A DNA stretch of 64,000 bases from Candidatus Omnitrophota bacterium. Its GTDB lineage: Bacteria; Omnitrophota; Gorgyraeia; JAHIPI01. The stretch's first letter is position 1; each line of letters opens with the position of its first letter. Below the pieces are notes generated by a model. It was given only the letters and a program-made list of their open reading frames with translations, did not search any database and was not told where the DNA came from. The DNA is taken from the NCBI GenBank assembly GCA_016783745.1, contig JADHVZ010000002.1, positions 12,012-76,011 of the forward strand, in the 5' to 3' direction. The position numbers and the translations under genes were made by a program. Shown piece by piece: positions 1 through 9,767 of the stretch.

Positions 1-1235
1 TCCTTCGCCCCCATAAGAGACATGTATAATGTCCTGGGAATGGGCGTAGCTGTCATGGTCAAAACATCAAGGATAAAACGCAGTTTTTTTAGTTTTTCCT
101 TGTGGTGGACGCCGAATCTCTGCTCTTCGTCGATCACCACAAGGCCAAGGTCTTTAAAGGCCACATCTGAAGATAACACGCGGTGCGTGCCGATGATTAT
201 ATCGACAATTCCCTCTTTCAGGGCCTTAAGGATGAGGGACTGCTCAGATCTAGACCTGAAGCGGCTCAGCATAGCCACTTCCACCGGATACTTCTTCATC
301 CTTTCCTTAAAATTATTATAGTGCTGCTCCGCCAGGATGGTTGTGGGCACTAATATCACCACTTGCCTGTTGTCCATAACAGCCTTAAACGCAGCGCGGA
401 TGGCCACCTCTGTTTTGCCGTAGCCTACATCGCCGCATATAAGACGGTCCATGGGCCTTGATGACTCCATATCATTTTTTACTTCTATAGTCGACCTGCT
501 CTGATCCGGAGTTTCTTCAAAAGGAAAATCCTCTTCTAATTCCTTTTGCCAGTCCGTATCGGCGGAGTAACTAAAACCTTGACGGGACTCTCTTTTAGCG
601 GCCAATTCAAGCAGATCAAGGGCAAAGCTGTTTATGCCCTTCTGTGCCAGCTTCTTAGCGCTTCCCCATACCTTGCCGCCAAGTTTATGTACCTTCGGCC
701 TCTTTTCAAAGCCGATATATTTCTGAATAAGATTTAAGTCTGAAAACGGAACATGCAGATTATCGCCGCCGGCATACTCGATCACGATGTGGTCTACAAT
801 AGATCCGCCCATCCTATGCCTTTCAAGCCCGCGGTAAACGCCTATACCGTGATCTACATGCACTACCCTGTCTCCGGATTCTATGTCTACGAATGAGTCT
901 ATGGGGGATCGCTCGGTGAATTTGGCAGCTAATGATCTTAACTTCTTTTTGTAGACACCTTTTATAGGCAGGATTATGGCTATGTTATGATCTTCCAGCG
1001 GACGCCCACTTTCGATATCATAACTTTTTATCTTTTCTATAAGGTCATCTTTTAGCTCAATGCGTATCGGATCGCCGAAAGTCACTGGAAACACGGAAAC
1101 CGCCCCTCCCCGCTGGTCAAATTCCCCTGCCCCGGATATTCGCACTACGCGCTCATATCCGTAATTATAGAGGCGCTGAAAAAAATCCTCCAGATCCAGT
1201 TTTTCGCTTTTATAGACCTTTATCGCTTCAAACAT
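1..1235 (-). CDS. mfd: Transcription-repair coupling factor Mfd, 5' part (runs off the left edge), with an unusually short N-terminus
   Basis: Not in the ORF track because it has no stop in the window. Manual translation from ATG 1235 (in-frame TAA 3 codons upstream): MFEAIKVYKSEKLDLEDFFQRLYNYGYERV...GEFDQRGG...PIRIEL, then RID motif GDRVVHVDHGIGVYRGL and Walker A PMDRLICGDVGYGKTEVAIRAAFKA. Confidence 0.93.
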   Translation of the reverse strand, partial: MFEAIKVYKSEKLDLEDFFQRLYNYGYERVVRISGAGEFDQRGGAVSVFPVTFGDPIRIELKDDLIEKIKSYDIESGRPLEDHNIAIILPIKGVYKKKLRSLAAKFTERSPIDSFVDIESGDRVVHVDHGIGVYRGLERHRMGGSIVDHIVIEYAGGDNLHVPFSDLNLIQKYIGFEKRPKVHKLGGKVWGSAKKLAQKGINSFALDLLELAAKRESRQGFSYSADTDWQKELEEDFPFEETPDQSRSTIEVKNDMESSRPMDRLICGDVGYGKTEVAIRAAFKAVMDNRQVVILVPTTILAEQHYNNFKERMKKYPVEVAMLSRFRSRSEQSLILKALKEGIVDIIIGTHRVLSSDVAFKDLGLVVIDEEQRFGVHHKEKLKKLRFILDVLTMTATPIPRTLYMSLMGAK

Positions 1236-1243
1236 AGGATTTT

Positions 1244-1278
1244 ATCCTATCACCTACAACCTATAACCTACCACCTAT
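1244..1278. repeat. Short tandem heptamer repeat (A/C)ACCTA(C/T), 4-5 units
   Basis: atcctat cacctac aacctat aacctac cacctat fills most of the argS-mfd spacer. Confidence 0.7.
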
Positions 1279-1281
1279 TAT

Positions 1282-2976
1282 TTACATTGTCTCCGGGCTG
1301 GAGACACCAAGAAGCGTCAGTCCGTTCGATATGACAATGCGGATTGCAAGACATAGGAAAAGCCGTGCTTCTGTCTGGCGAATATCATCGGATATTATGC
1401 GATGTTTATCATAATAGCTGTGAAAGGCCGCGGCTACTTCCTCAAGGTATGATATGAGAGGGAACACCTCAAGTCTTTTCGAGCACATTTCGATGACGTA
1501 AGGAAAACTTCCGAGCAGCTTCATTATTTCTATATCTTTCTCCCCGCAAAGATATCTTTTATTCAGAGCTGCTTTTGCGCCGCTGCCTTTTTCTGTACGA
1601 AATTTTAATATGCTGGATATTCTGGCGTGCGCGTACTGTATATAGTAAACAGGGTTATCCATGGAATGTTTTTTCGCCAGTTCCATGTCGAAATCCAGAT
1701 GGGAGTCCCTTCCCCTCCTTAAAAAAAAGAATCTGGTTACATCCTTGCCGACTTCTCCGATCAACTCATGAAGGGTTATAAACTCTCCTTCACGGGTGGA
1801 CATCTGAACGGCTTTACCTTCTTTGTGCAGCGTGCACAGTTGGACCAGCAGTACCTGAAGAGAGTCCCTATTTTTCTCAAATGTCTTTACGGCAGCCTGC
1901 AGCCTTGAGATATATCCGTGGTGATCCGGGCCCCAGATATCGATGAGGGTGTTAAAACCCCTCTTGACTTTACTTATATGGTAAGCTATGTCCGGGGCAA
2001 GGTAAGTGTATTCGCCCGTACTTTTCACTACCACCCTGTCCTTATCATCTTTGAATGCGGTAGACTTAAACCAGACAGCGCCGCCTTTTTTATAAAGCAG
2101 CTTTTTTCTCGATAAAAAATTAAGGGCGCTTTTGATCCTGCCGGATCTGGCCAATTTTTTCTGGCTAAACCAGACATCAAACCTTACGTTAAAGCTCTCA
2201 AGGTCTTTTTTTATGTTATCGGTTATCCAGCGGCAGCCGAAATCACAGAAAAAAGGCAGCGACTCCCGCTTTAGAAAACGCGCGCCGTATTTCGCCTTGA
2301 TGGCCGTAGCAATGTCAATGATATATTGGCCCTTGTATCCCCCTTCGGGCAAGGCGGGCTGCTCGCCGAACAGCTCCAGATATCGCGCCCTTACAGATTC
2401 CCCGAGAAGAGTTATCTGGTTGCCCTCGTCATTCAGATAATATTCTCTGGTTACTTTGTGGCCGGCGAATTCAAGGATGTTAGCTAATGTATCGCCAAAG
2501 GCGCCTTGCCGGCCATGCGCAATGGTAAGAGGTCCCGTTGGATTGGCGCTTACAAACTCTATATTTACCTTGGACTGCTTTTCGCGGTCTATGCGGCCGA
2601 ATTTGTTTTTCTTCTCCGCTATAAGCCCCAGCGTATCAAAGAGCCTTTTATTTGAATACCAGAAATTGATGAATCCCGGCCCCTTGGCTTCGACCTTGAC
2701 TATCTCGTTCTTAAACGTGCAACCGCCGATTTTTCGGCCTATCCGTTCGCATAACATCTGAGCGAGATCCATAGGATTAACTTTTGCCTGCTTTGAAATA
2801 CGTAGAGCTATGTTTGTGGATATATCCCCGTGGCTTCTGTCTTTCGGCGGTTCCAGCTCTATCCCAGGCATATGGCTATCCTTGGGCGGATCCGCGGCCT
2901 CCATCTCGTGAAAAAACTCCCGGAGACACTTTTCTATGATATTTTTAAGGCCTTCTTCGAATTTCCTTGTAAGCAT
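1282..2976 (-). CDS. argS: Arginine--tRNA ligase
   Basis: EFVSANPTGPLTIAHGR (HIGH region), GPGFINF, YYIQYAHARISSI, C-terminal GVSSPETM. Confidence 0.97.
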   Translation of the reverse strand: MLTRKFEEGLKNIIEKCLREFFHEMEAADPPKDSHMPGIELEPPKDRSHGDISTNIALRISKQAKVNPMDLAQMLCERIGRKIGGCTFKNEIVKVEAKGPGFINFWYSNKRLFDTLGLIAEKKNKFGRIDREKQSKVNIEFVSANPTGPLTIAHGRQGAFGDTLANILEFAGHKVTREYYLNDEGNQITLLGESVRARYLELFGEQPALPEGGYKGQYIIDIATAIKAKYGARFLKRESLPFFCDFGCRWITDNIKKDLESFNVRFDVWFSQKKLARSGRIKSALNFLSRKKLLYKKGGAVWFKSTAFKDDKDRVVVKSTGEYTYLAPDIAYHISKVKRGFNTLIDIWGPDHHGYISRLQAAVKTFEKNRDSLQVLLVQLCTLHKEGKAVQMSTREGEFITLHELIGEVGKDVTRFFFLRRGRDSHLDFDMELAKKHSMDNPVYYIQYAHARISSILKFRTEKGSGAKAALNKRYLCGEKDIEIMKLLGSFPYVIEMCSKRLEVFPLISYLEEVAAAFHSYYDKHRIISDDIRQTEARLFLCLAIRIVISNGLTLLGVSSPETM

Positions 2977-3338
2977 TATTGATTTTTTTCGTTCAACTTT
3001 TTTTGAGGGGCGTCATACCAGAGCTTTTCCAGATTATAAAAGGCCCTCGTATCCTTGTAAAAGACATGGACGACGATGTCGCCGCAGTCAAGCAGGATCC
3101 AGAGGGCCTCTCCCTTGCCTTCTTTATGCAAGACTCTGCAATTGTGGCTTAAAAGCTCACTTTCAATATTATCCGCGATAGCTTCGATCTGAACGGTGGA
3201 TTCACCGCTTGCTATGATAAAATGATCCGAGATAGATCCGAGTTTCCTTAGATCTATCGCAATAAGGCCTTGAGCTTTCTTTGCCGAAGCCGCGTTTGCG
3301 ATGACCTCTATCTTTTCCTCTGCCGAGATCTCTTTCAA
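2976..3338 (-). CDS. rsfS: Ribosome silencing factor RsfS (Iojap)
   Basis: DHFIIASGESTVQIEAIAD, WILLDCGDIVVHVF, RAFYNLEKLW. Confidence 0.95.
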   Translation of the reverse strand: MKEISAEEKIEVIANAASAKKAQGLIAIDLRKLGSISDHFIIASGESTVQIEAIADNIESELLSHNCRVLHKEGKGEALWILLDCGDIVVHVFYKDTRAFYNLEKLWYDAPQKKLNEKNQ

Positions 3339-3349
3339 TGAAATTTTTC

Positions 3350-3499
3350 TTAGGAGGATTTCAGTATCTTGTACATGCCGGTTCCGCAGTCAGGGCAGCA
3401 GCCCTTCATCGCGGGCCTGCCGTTTTTCATGGTGACTTTCTTGCCGTCCTTGATCTCTTTCTTGTCCTTACACTTTACGCAGTACCCTTTTTCACCCAT
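3350..3499 (-). CDS. 49-aa Cys-rich Zn-finger-like small protein (DUF5679-like), below the ORF-track cutoff
   Basis: MGEKGYCVKCKDKKEIKDGKKVTMKNGRPAMKGCCPDCGTGMYKILKSS*; two CxxC pairs; SD AGGAG upstream; own putative promoter. Confidence 0.85.
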   Translation of the reverse strand: MGEKGYCVKCKDKKEIKDGKKVTMKNGRPAMKGCCPDCGTGMYKILKSS

Positions 3500-3540
3500 T
3501 TTCCGCTCCTTTTGTTTTTTTTGTTAACTCCCAATGATAT

Positions 3541-3569
3541 AAATTATCATAAATATGCCCTGCCGTCAA
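3541..3569 (-). promoter_or_regulatory. Putative sigma70 promoter for the small Zn-finger gene/rsfS/argS
   Basis: Minus strand TTGACG-17 nt-TAATTT with a TGn extension. Confidence 0.5.
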
Positions 3570-3579
3570 GATTAAGTAT

Positions 3580-4146
3580 CTATTTATAGAGCCTGTGTTT
3601 TTGTATGAATCGCCTGACAGGTTCCGGCACTAAATATCTTATTTCTCCCGATTTCCTGATGATCCGCCTGATCGAGGATGAAGATATATCTACGGATGCC
3701 ATTTTTATACGCCTTACCCCTCTCGTTCTTCCCGATCGCGATCCGGACCGGTTTGCTACAACGAAATCCGCCAGATCAAGGGCCTTTTTTATATCTTTCC
3801 ATGTGCCCAGCTTATTGTCCGCCCCTAACAGAAAAAAGAGCCTGGTGTTTTTCCCGTATTTTTTCTTCAGCGTCTTTAACGTTTCTATCGAGTAAGAGAC
3901 GGATCGTTTTTTCATCTCTATGGGGGAAGCCTCAAACACCGGGTTCCCCTGGCAGGCAAGTACAGTCATCCTGTACCTCATATCCGCGCTGCAGTCCGGG
4001 ATTTTCTTATGGGGAGGTATGTAGGCCGGTATGAATATCACCTTGTCGAGGCCGAGCCTTAAAGCGGCCTCCTGCGCTAATACAAGATGCCCGATGTGGG
4101 GCGGATTAAAAGTGCCGCCAAGTATACCGATCCTCTTGCCCTTCAA
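3580..4146 (-). CDS. nadD: Nicotinate-nucleotide adenylyltransferase
   Basis: GILGGTFNPPHIGH, FFLLGAD, DISSSSIR. Confidence 0.95.
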   Translation of the reverse strand: MKGKRIGILGGTFNPPHIGHLVLAQEAALRLGLDKVIFIPAYIPPHKKIPDCSADMRYRMTVLACQGNPVFEASPIEMKKRSVSYSIETLKTLKKKYGKNTRLFFLLGADNKLGTWKDIKKALDLADFVVANRSGSRSGRTRGVRRIKMASVDISSSSIRRIIRKSGEIRYLVPEPVRRFIQKHRLYK

Positions 4147-4150
4147 TTTT

Positions 4151-5407
4151 CTATCTCCTGACCTGACCTTTTCCCAGGACTACATATTTATAAGTAGTGA
4201 GTTCCCGTATTCCCATCGGGCCGCGGGCATGAAGCTTATCCGTGCTTATGCCGATCTCAGCGCCGAGTCCGAATTCAAATCCGTCTGTAAATCTTGTGGA
4301 TGCGTTCAAATATACGCACGCCGCGTCCACCCTTTTTAAGAATTTTGCGGCGGTGCCATCATCACTTGTGACAATAGCATCGGAATGCCTGGAGCCGTAT
4401 TTATTTATATGGGATATGGCTTCCTCTACGCTTGTGACGATCTTTACGGAGAGGATCAGGTCCAGATACTCCTCTGTCCAGTCACTTTCACCAGCCCTCC
4501 TGGCCCACTTTAATATCGCTCTAGTTTTCTCGCAGCCCCTTATCTCCACCCCTTTATCTTTCAGCGCGGCCGCGGCTATCGGCAGGAACCTCGGAGCAAT
4601 ATCCTCATGGACGAGCAGCGTCTCCATAGCATTGCAAACGCCCGGTCTTTGCACTTTCGCGTTCAGCGCTATCTTGTGCGCCATATTCAGGTCAGCTTCT
4701 TTATCCACATAAACATGGCATACACCCTTATAGTGTTTTATGACAGGTATAAGAGAGTTTGAAGCGACTTCCCGTATAAGCCCCTCGCCTCCCCGGGGTA
4801 TTATAAGGTCTATGTGTTCAGTAAGCTTTAAAAGCCTTCTTACCGCATTTCTCGAAGCAGTCGTTACAAGCATAACGGAATCTTCGGGTACCCTTGTTCC
4901 TGAAATACCTCTTTTTATGCATTTTAATATAGCCTTGTTTGAATTAAGCGCTTCACTGCCGCCTTTCAGGATAACGGCATTGCCTGATTTTACGCATAAT
5001 CCCGCGCAGTCACTCGTTACATTAGGCCTCGACTCATAAATGATGCCTATGACTCCTATCGGGACTATCATCTTTCCTATCAGAAGGCCGTTTGGCCTTC
5101 TTTTGGCTTCCTCCATTCTGCCTACGTGATCTTTGAGATTTGCGACCGCGTTTAATGAGGCAGCCATGCTGTCTATTCTCTTTGAATTGAGCCGGAGCCT
5201 GTCAATAAGCGAGGATTTGAGTTTTTTAAGCTTTGCCTTTCTTATATCCTCGCGGTTGGCTCTTAATATGCTTCCCTTGCCGCGCTCAATAGCCGCAGAC
5301 ATCTTTCTTATGGCCGCGTTTTTTTCCTTCGAAGACAGTTGGGCCAGTATATAACTCGCCCGTTTCGCGGCCTTTGCGATACTTAGGACATCGGATTTTG
5401 TGCTCAT
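4151..5407 (-). CDS. proA: Glutamate-5-semialdehyde dehydrogenase
   Basis: IIYESRPNVT, GVCNAMETLL, NASTRFTDGFEFGLGAEIGISTDKLHARGPMG. Confidence 0.97.
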   Translation of the reverse strand: MSTKSDVLSIAKAAKRASYILAQLSSKEKNAAIRKMSAAIERGKGSILRANREDIRKAKLKKLKSSLIDRLRLNSKRIDSMAASLNAVANLKDHVGRMEEAKRRPNGLLIGKMIVPIGVIGIIYESRPNVTSDCAGLCVKSGNAVILKGGSEALNSNKAILKCIKRGISGTRVPEDSVMLVTTASRNAVRRLLKLTEHIDLIIPRGGEGLIREVASNSLIPVIKHYKGVCHVYVDKEADLNMAHKIALNAKVQRPGVCNAMETLLVHEDIAPRFLPIAAAALKDKGVEIRGCEKTRAILKWARRAGESDWTEEYLDLILSVKIVTSVEEAISHINKYGSRHSDAIVTSDDGTAAKFLKRVDAACVYLNASTRFTDGFEFGLGAEIGISTDKLHARGPMGIRELTTYKYVVLGKGQVRR

Positions 5408-6519
5408 AAAATCACCAAATTATCCCTATGGATGACTTCGTCATAATACTTATAACCAAGGGCTTTTTCTATCTCTTTAGTTTTCAGCCCTTTGATCTTG
5501 TTTAATTCTGAAGACGAATAATTGGCTATACCTCTGGCAAACTCCTTGCCGTCCTCTCCGATAATGATCACAGCGTCCCCGACGCCGAATCTTCCGCTGC
5601 ACTCGATCACGCCCGAAGCAAGCAGGCTTCTGTTCTTGTTTATCAGTACGTCTTTAGCCCCCGAGTCCACCTTTACCTTGCCGGCTGTTTTTGAAGAATA
5701 CGCTATCCAGCGCTTCCTGGCGCTTATTTTCGGCTGCCTGGCGAGGAAAAGCGTACCTATACACTTGCCCTCAATGACATCTGCGATCACGCCTTTTCGT
5801 TTACCGTTTACGATCACGCACTCTATTCCGGCATTAGTGACCAGCTTGGCCGCCTCGAGCTTGGTGCCCATGCCTCCGACACCGAATCTGCTGCGGCCAT
5901 CATCGGCCATCATCTCTATATCTTCTGTCACATTATGTATCTTACGGATCACTTCTTTTCTTGTTTTATCTTTTCTATCAAATCTATACAAACCATCGAC
6001 ATTTGACATGATTATCAGCTTGTCCGCCTCTATTAAACTGGCTACAAGGCTTGAGAGCCTGTCGTTATCCCCAAACTTTATTTCCTCGGTCGAAACCGTA
6101 TCATTTTCGTTGACTATCGGGACAATGCCCCGTTTCAGCAAAGCTAAAAGAGTATTGCGCGCATTAAGGTATCTGGCCCTGTTGTTTATGTCATCCTGAG
6201 TAAGAAGTACCTGCGCTGTCAGGTGATTCAATTTCTTGAATTGCTCGTCATATGATCTCATAAGTTCCGCCTGGCCCGTGGCCGCGCAGGCCTGTACTTC
6301 AGGCAGGTATTCCGGCCGCTTATCCAGTCCTATGATGCGCATACCCACTAATATTGCCCCGGAAGTGACTATTATGACACCAAAGCCCATCTTTTTTACA
6401 CGATCTACCCCATCAGCTATATTCTTTAATACATCAGTATCAAGAGTGCTCTGCTCACTTGCGAGAACAGACGTGCCTACTTTGATGACTATCGTCTTAT
6501 TGCTATTCTTTTGAGCCAT
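5404..6519 (-). CDS. proB: Glutamate 5-kinase with PUA domain
   Basis: IKVGTS, PIVNENDTV, FGDNDRLS, GGMGTKLEAA. Confidence 0.97.
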   Translation of the reverse strand: MAQKNSNKTIVIKVGTSVLASEQSTLDTDVLKNIADGVDRVKKMGFGVIIVTSGAILVGMRIIGLDKRPEYLPEVQACAATGQAELMRSYDEQFKKLNHLTAQVLLTQDDINNRARYLNARNTLLALLKRGIVPIVNENDTVSTEEIKFGDNDRLSSLVASLIEADKLIIMSNVDGLYRFDRKDKTRKEVIRKIHNVTEDIEMMADDGRSRFGVGGMGTKLEAAKLVTNAGIECVIVNGKRKGVIADVIEGKCIGTLFLARQPKISARKRWIAYSSKTAGKVKVDSGAKDVLINKNRSLLASGVIECSGRFGVGDAVIIIGEDGKEFARGIANYSSSELNKIKGLKTKEIEKALGYKYYDEVIHRDNLVIL

Positions 6520-6521
6520 GG

Positions 6522-7487
6522 TTAAATTACCTTTTTTAGTTCGGCCGCAAGGCCTTTAAGAAAATCACTGATGCCCTCACCCGTCATCGCCGATATCCGG
6601 TAAACCTTGCCTACCCCCTTCGGATCAAAGAACTTTATTGTTTCTTTTGACTGCGGCATATCCATTTTATTCGCTACAATGACCTGCTTTTTCAGCGTAA
6701 GTTCCTTACTGTAGAGCCCAAGTTCCATATTGAGTTTTGAAAAACTGACTTCGGGATCCCGCCCCTCGATACCCGACATATCGATAAGATGTACAAGGAT
6801 CCTTGTCCTCTCTATGTGACGCAAAAATCTGTCACCCAGTCCCCGGCCCGAGTGCGCGCCCTCTATAAGGCCGGGAATATCCGCTATAACAAAACTAAAA
6901 TCACCGAGTTGAGCCACACCCAGGTTCGGATTTTTTGTAGTGAATGGAAAACCGGCTATTCGCGGCCTTGCTGAGGTTATCTTTGACAACAGTGTGGATT
7001 TTCCGGCATTGGGATAACCGATGATCCCGACATCGGCTACCAGCTTGAGCTCAAGTGAAAGCTCTCTGGATTCACCTGCTTCGCCGGGCGTAGCCTCCCT
7101 TTTTCTGCTGTTTCCTCTTCCGCCGGCTCCGCCCCTGGCTATTATGACTTGCTCACCGGTTTTGCTCAGGTCCCGAAGGATCGCACCTGTGTCCGAATCG
7201 CGGATAATGGTACCCGGAGGGACTCTTAAGAGACATTCCTTGCCGTCTTCGCCTTTTTTATTGTTTGAGCCGCCGTGTTTGCCGGAAGTGGCTTTAAAGT
7301 GTTTGTTGAACCTGAATTCTATTAGGGTCTGACGATTATTGTCAGCCAGGATCACTATATTACCGCCCTGGCCTCCGATTCCCCCGTTGGGGCGGCCGTA
7401 TTTTTTGCCGCGCGTAGTCTCAAAGCTGGCGCAGCCTCCCCCGCCGTTACCTGCCTTGACAGATATTTTGGCTTCATCAACAAACAT
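6522..7487 (-). CDS. obgE: GTPase ObgE/CgtA
   Basis: MFVDEAKI Gly-rich Obg fold, GYPNAGKST, DIPGLIEGAH, NKMD. Confidence 0.97.
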   Translation of the reverse strand: MFVDEAKISVKAGNGGGGCASFETTRGKKYGRPNGGIGGQGGNIVILADNNRQTLIEFRFNKHFKATSGKHGGSNNKKGEDGKECLLRVPPGTIIRDSDTGAILRDLSKTGEQVIIARGGAGGRGNSRKREATPGEAGESRELSLELKLVADVGIIGYPNAGKSTLLSKITSARPRIAGFPFTTKNPNLGVAQLGDFSFVIADIPGLIEGAHSGRGLGDRFLRHIERTRILVHLIDMSGIEGRDPEVSFSKLNMELGLYSKELTLKKQVIVANKMDMPQSKETIKFFDPKGVGKVYRISAMTGEGISDFLKGLAAELKKVI

Positions 7488-7493
7488 TTATTT

Positions 7494-7736
7494 TTAGGCT
7501 GGGATTATATTGATGGATCGGTTTTTTTTAAATTGCACAACGCCTTCTATCCTGGCAAAAAGAGTGTCATCCGAACCCCGCCCTACATTAAGCCCGGGCT
7601 TAAATGACGTTCCTCTCTGCCTTACAATAATACTTCCGGCCTTTACTGTCTGGCCGCTATAACGCTTTACACCCAGGCGTTGAGCGTTGCTGTCTCTTCC
7701 ATTACGGGAACTGCCTAGTCCTTTTTTATGTGCCAT
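7494..7736 (-). CDS. rpmA: 50S ribosomal protein L27
   Basis: [24 protein letters not shown]. Confidence 0.98.
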   Translation of the reverse strand: MAHKKGLGSSRNGRDSNAQRLGVKRYSGQTVKAGSIIVRQRGTSFKPGLNVGRGSDDTLFARIEGVVQFKKNRSINIIPA

Positions 7737-8050
7737 TACGTTATCTCCTTCACCTTCAGAGTGATAAAATTCTGCCTATGCCCTTTCTTAAACTTCGAGC
7801 TTTTACGCCTTTTGTATTTATAAGCTGTTACCTTCTTTGTCTTCCCTGCTCCCAGCACATCGCATGATATATTAGCTCCCTTGATATGCGGATCACCTAT
7901 TTCTACTTTCTTGCCTAAGTGCCGCATGATCACTTTGCCGAGCTTTAAAGTCTTTTTACTATCGCTTAAAACAATATCAGCATTGATGACATCGCCTTTT
8001 TTGACCTTTACCTGACTTCCGCCTAATTCAATGACCGCGTATTCCATCAT
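7736..8050 (-). CDS. rplU: 50S ribosomal protein L21
   Basis: [23 protein letters not shown]...GHRQ; conserved rplU-rpmA-obg order. Confidence 0.95.
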   Translation of the reverse strand: MMEYAVIELGGSQVKVKKGDVINADIVLSDSKKTLKLGKVIMRHLGKKVEIGDPHIKGANISCDVLGAGKTKKVTAYKYKRRKSSKFKKGHRQNFITLKVKEIT

Positions 8051-8098
8051 GTCTCCTTATATTATGCTGAGTATATATAAATCACATTTAAGCGGAAC

Positions 8099-8127
8099 AT
8101 CATATCATAATCGCATTATAAAGTCAA
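8099..8127 (-). promoter_or_regulatory. Putative sigma70 promoter of rplU-rpmA-obgE
   Basis: Minus strand TTGACT-17-TATGAT with a TGn extension. Confidence 0.65.
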
Positions 8128-8132
8128 GGTCC

Positions 8133-9635
8133 TTATTTAACATTTATACTGCAGTCTTCTATGTGTAGATGTGCATCTTCAGCGAATGCGATCCTGCATC
8201 TAGAGCTTCTTGCCAATGCCTTTAAAGTCGAGGTATAACTTTTCAAAAGATATTCCTTAAGTGCAGGGCTCACAACAAGTTCCACTCTTTTATGCCTTAC
8301 AGTCTTTAGCTTTTTCTCAAGCTGCCTTATCAGCTCTATGGACATTGTCAGCGCGGATTTTACCGTACCCCTTCCACTGCAATAGGGGCAGCTTTGATAT
8401 GAGACACCTTCAAGGCTTCTGCGCATCCTCTGCCTTGTCAGCTCTACAAGCCCGATAGAGGAAAAGCCCAGGACCTTACTTCGGGCCTTATCCTGCTTCA
8501 TGGCCGTTATTAATGTGTGAAATACCGCATCCCTGTGACCGCGCTCCTCCATATCAACAAAATCTATTACGATTATCCCGCCTATATCCCTTAGCTTAAG
8601 CTGCCTTGCTATCTCCAGCGCAGCCTCCTTGTTGACCGTAAAGGCTGTATCCTCCAGGTTTTTCCCGCCAAATCCGCCTGTGTTGACATCTATGGCCACA
8701 AGGCTCTCCGTCTGTTCTATCACTATATGGCCCTTGGAGCGCAGCTTGACCCTTCTCTTGTATATCTTTTCGATCTCCTCGGCGATATTGTATTTTTCAA
8801 ATATGGGTATATGTCCTTTATAGAATTTTAATTTTGCTCTCATTTTAGGCGATATGGCTCTTAATAGCGATAATGTCTTTTTGAATTCCAGCCTTGAATC
8901 GACTACCATCGAATTTGTGCTCTCTGAGAAATTATCTCTGGCCATACGCTGGATAAGCCCGTATTCTTCATGGATCAGCGAAGGCGCTGACTTTTTTGAA
9001 GCTATTTTTTCGATATGCCTGTAAAGTGAGTACTGGTGAGAAAATTCTCTCTTCAGTTCGTCTCTGGAGTGGTTAGCAGCCGCTGTTCTGGCGATCACCC
9101 CCACATCCTTAGGCACATTCAGCTGCTCGATCACTGTCTTTAATCTTTTCCGCTCTTTCTGATCCGCTATTTTTCTGGATATACCCGTATGAGTATCATG
9201 GGCCATGAACACAAGATATCTTCCGGGAAGCGTTATATGAGCCGAAAGCCTGGCCCCCTTTGTGCCTATCGGTTCCTTGACGATCTGCACCAGTATCTCC
9301 TGCCCCTTTTTCAGCACATCGGTTATTTTCTTTTCGCCGTGCGGCAGGTCTTTCTTTTTAAAGCTGCCCCCCATTTCCTCTTTCACGATATCGCTGTAAG
9401 ATGAACCCTCTTCCAGGACGTCATCTATGTACAGAAAACCGTTTTTCTCAAGCCCGATATTCACAAAGGCCGCGCCTATACCTGACATCACAGACTCCAC
9501 CCTGCCTTTATATACGCTGCCCACGAGCCTTCTTGCGATAGTCCTCTCAACATAAAATTCGTCAAGCTTGTTGTTATCTAATATAGCTACCTTACTTTCC
9601 TCGGCCGTGGCATTTACTATGATATCTTTTCCCAT
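8133..9635 (-). CDS. rng: Rne/Rng family ribonuclease (RNase G-sized)
   Basis: S1 domain (AAFVNIG), AIDVNTG, LRDIGGIIVIDFVDM, Zn-link CPYC. Confidence 0.93.
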   Translation of the reverse strand: MGKDIIVNATAEESKVAILDNNKLDEFYVERTIARRLVGSVYKGRVESVMSGIGAAFVNIGLEKNGFLYIDDVLEEGSSYSDIVKEEMGGSFKKKDLPHGEKKITDVLKKGQEILVQIVKEPIGTKGARLSAHITLPGRYLVFMAHDTHTGISRKIADQKERKRLKTVIEQLNVPKDVGVIARTAAANHSRDELKREFSHQYSLYRHIEKIASKKSAPSLIHEEYGLIQRMARDNFSESTNSMVVDSRLEFKKTLSLLRAISPKMRAKLKFYKGHIPIFEKYNIAEEIEKIYKRRVKLRSKGHIVIEQTESLVAIDVNTGGFGGKNLEDTAFTVNKEAALEIARQLKLRDIGGIIVIDFVDMEERGHRDAVFHTLITAMKQDKARSKVLGFSSIGLVELTRQRMRRSLEGVSYQSCPYCSGRGTVKSALTMSIELIRQLEKKLKTVRHKRVELVVSPALKEYLLKSYTSTLKALARSSRCRIAFAEDAHLHIEDCSINVK

Positions 9636-9767
9636 AAGTTCATCCCTCTATATAAGAAAAAGCGCTCTTCTTTGCTTTTGATTCCCCGCCGATGAAGTGA
9701 TGCAAAATAAGAGCACCTTGACCTATAATTTTAATTAAAGTGTTTATAGTTAAAAGGGAAGCCCCTT

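Noticed and set aside
3338-3589. 83-aa + strand ORF between rsfS and nadD
   Set aside because: Shadow of the minus-strand 49-aa Zn-finger gene, which has an SD and a motif.
6522-7487. Short ObgE lacking a C-terminal extension
   Set aside because: The Obg C-terminal region is variable and often absent.
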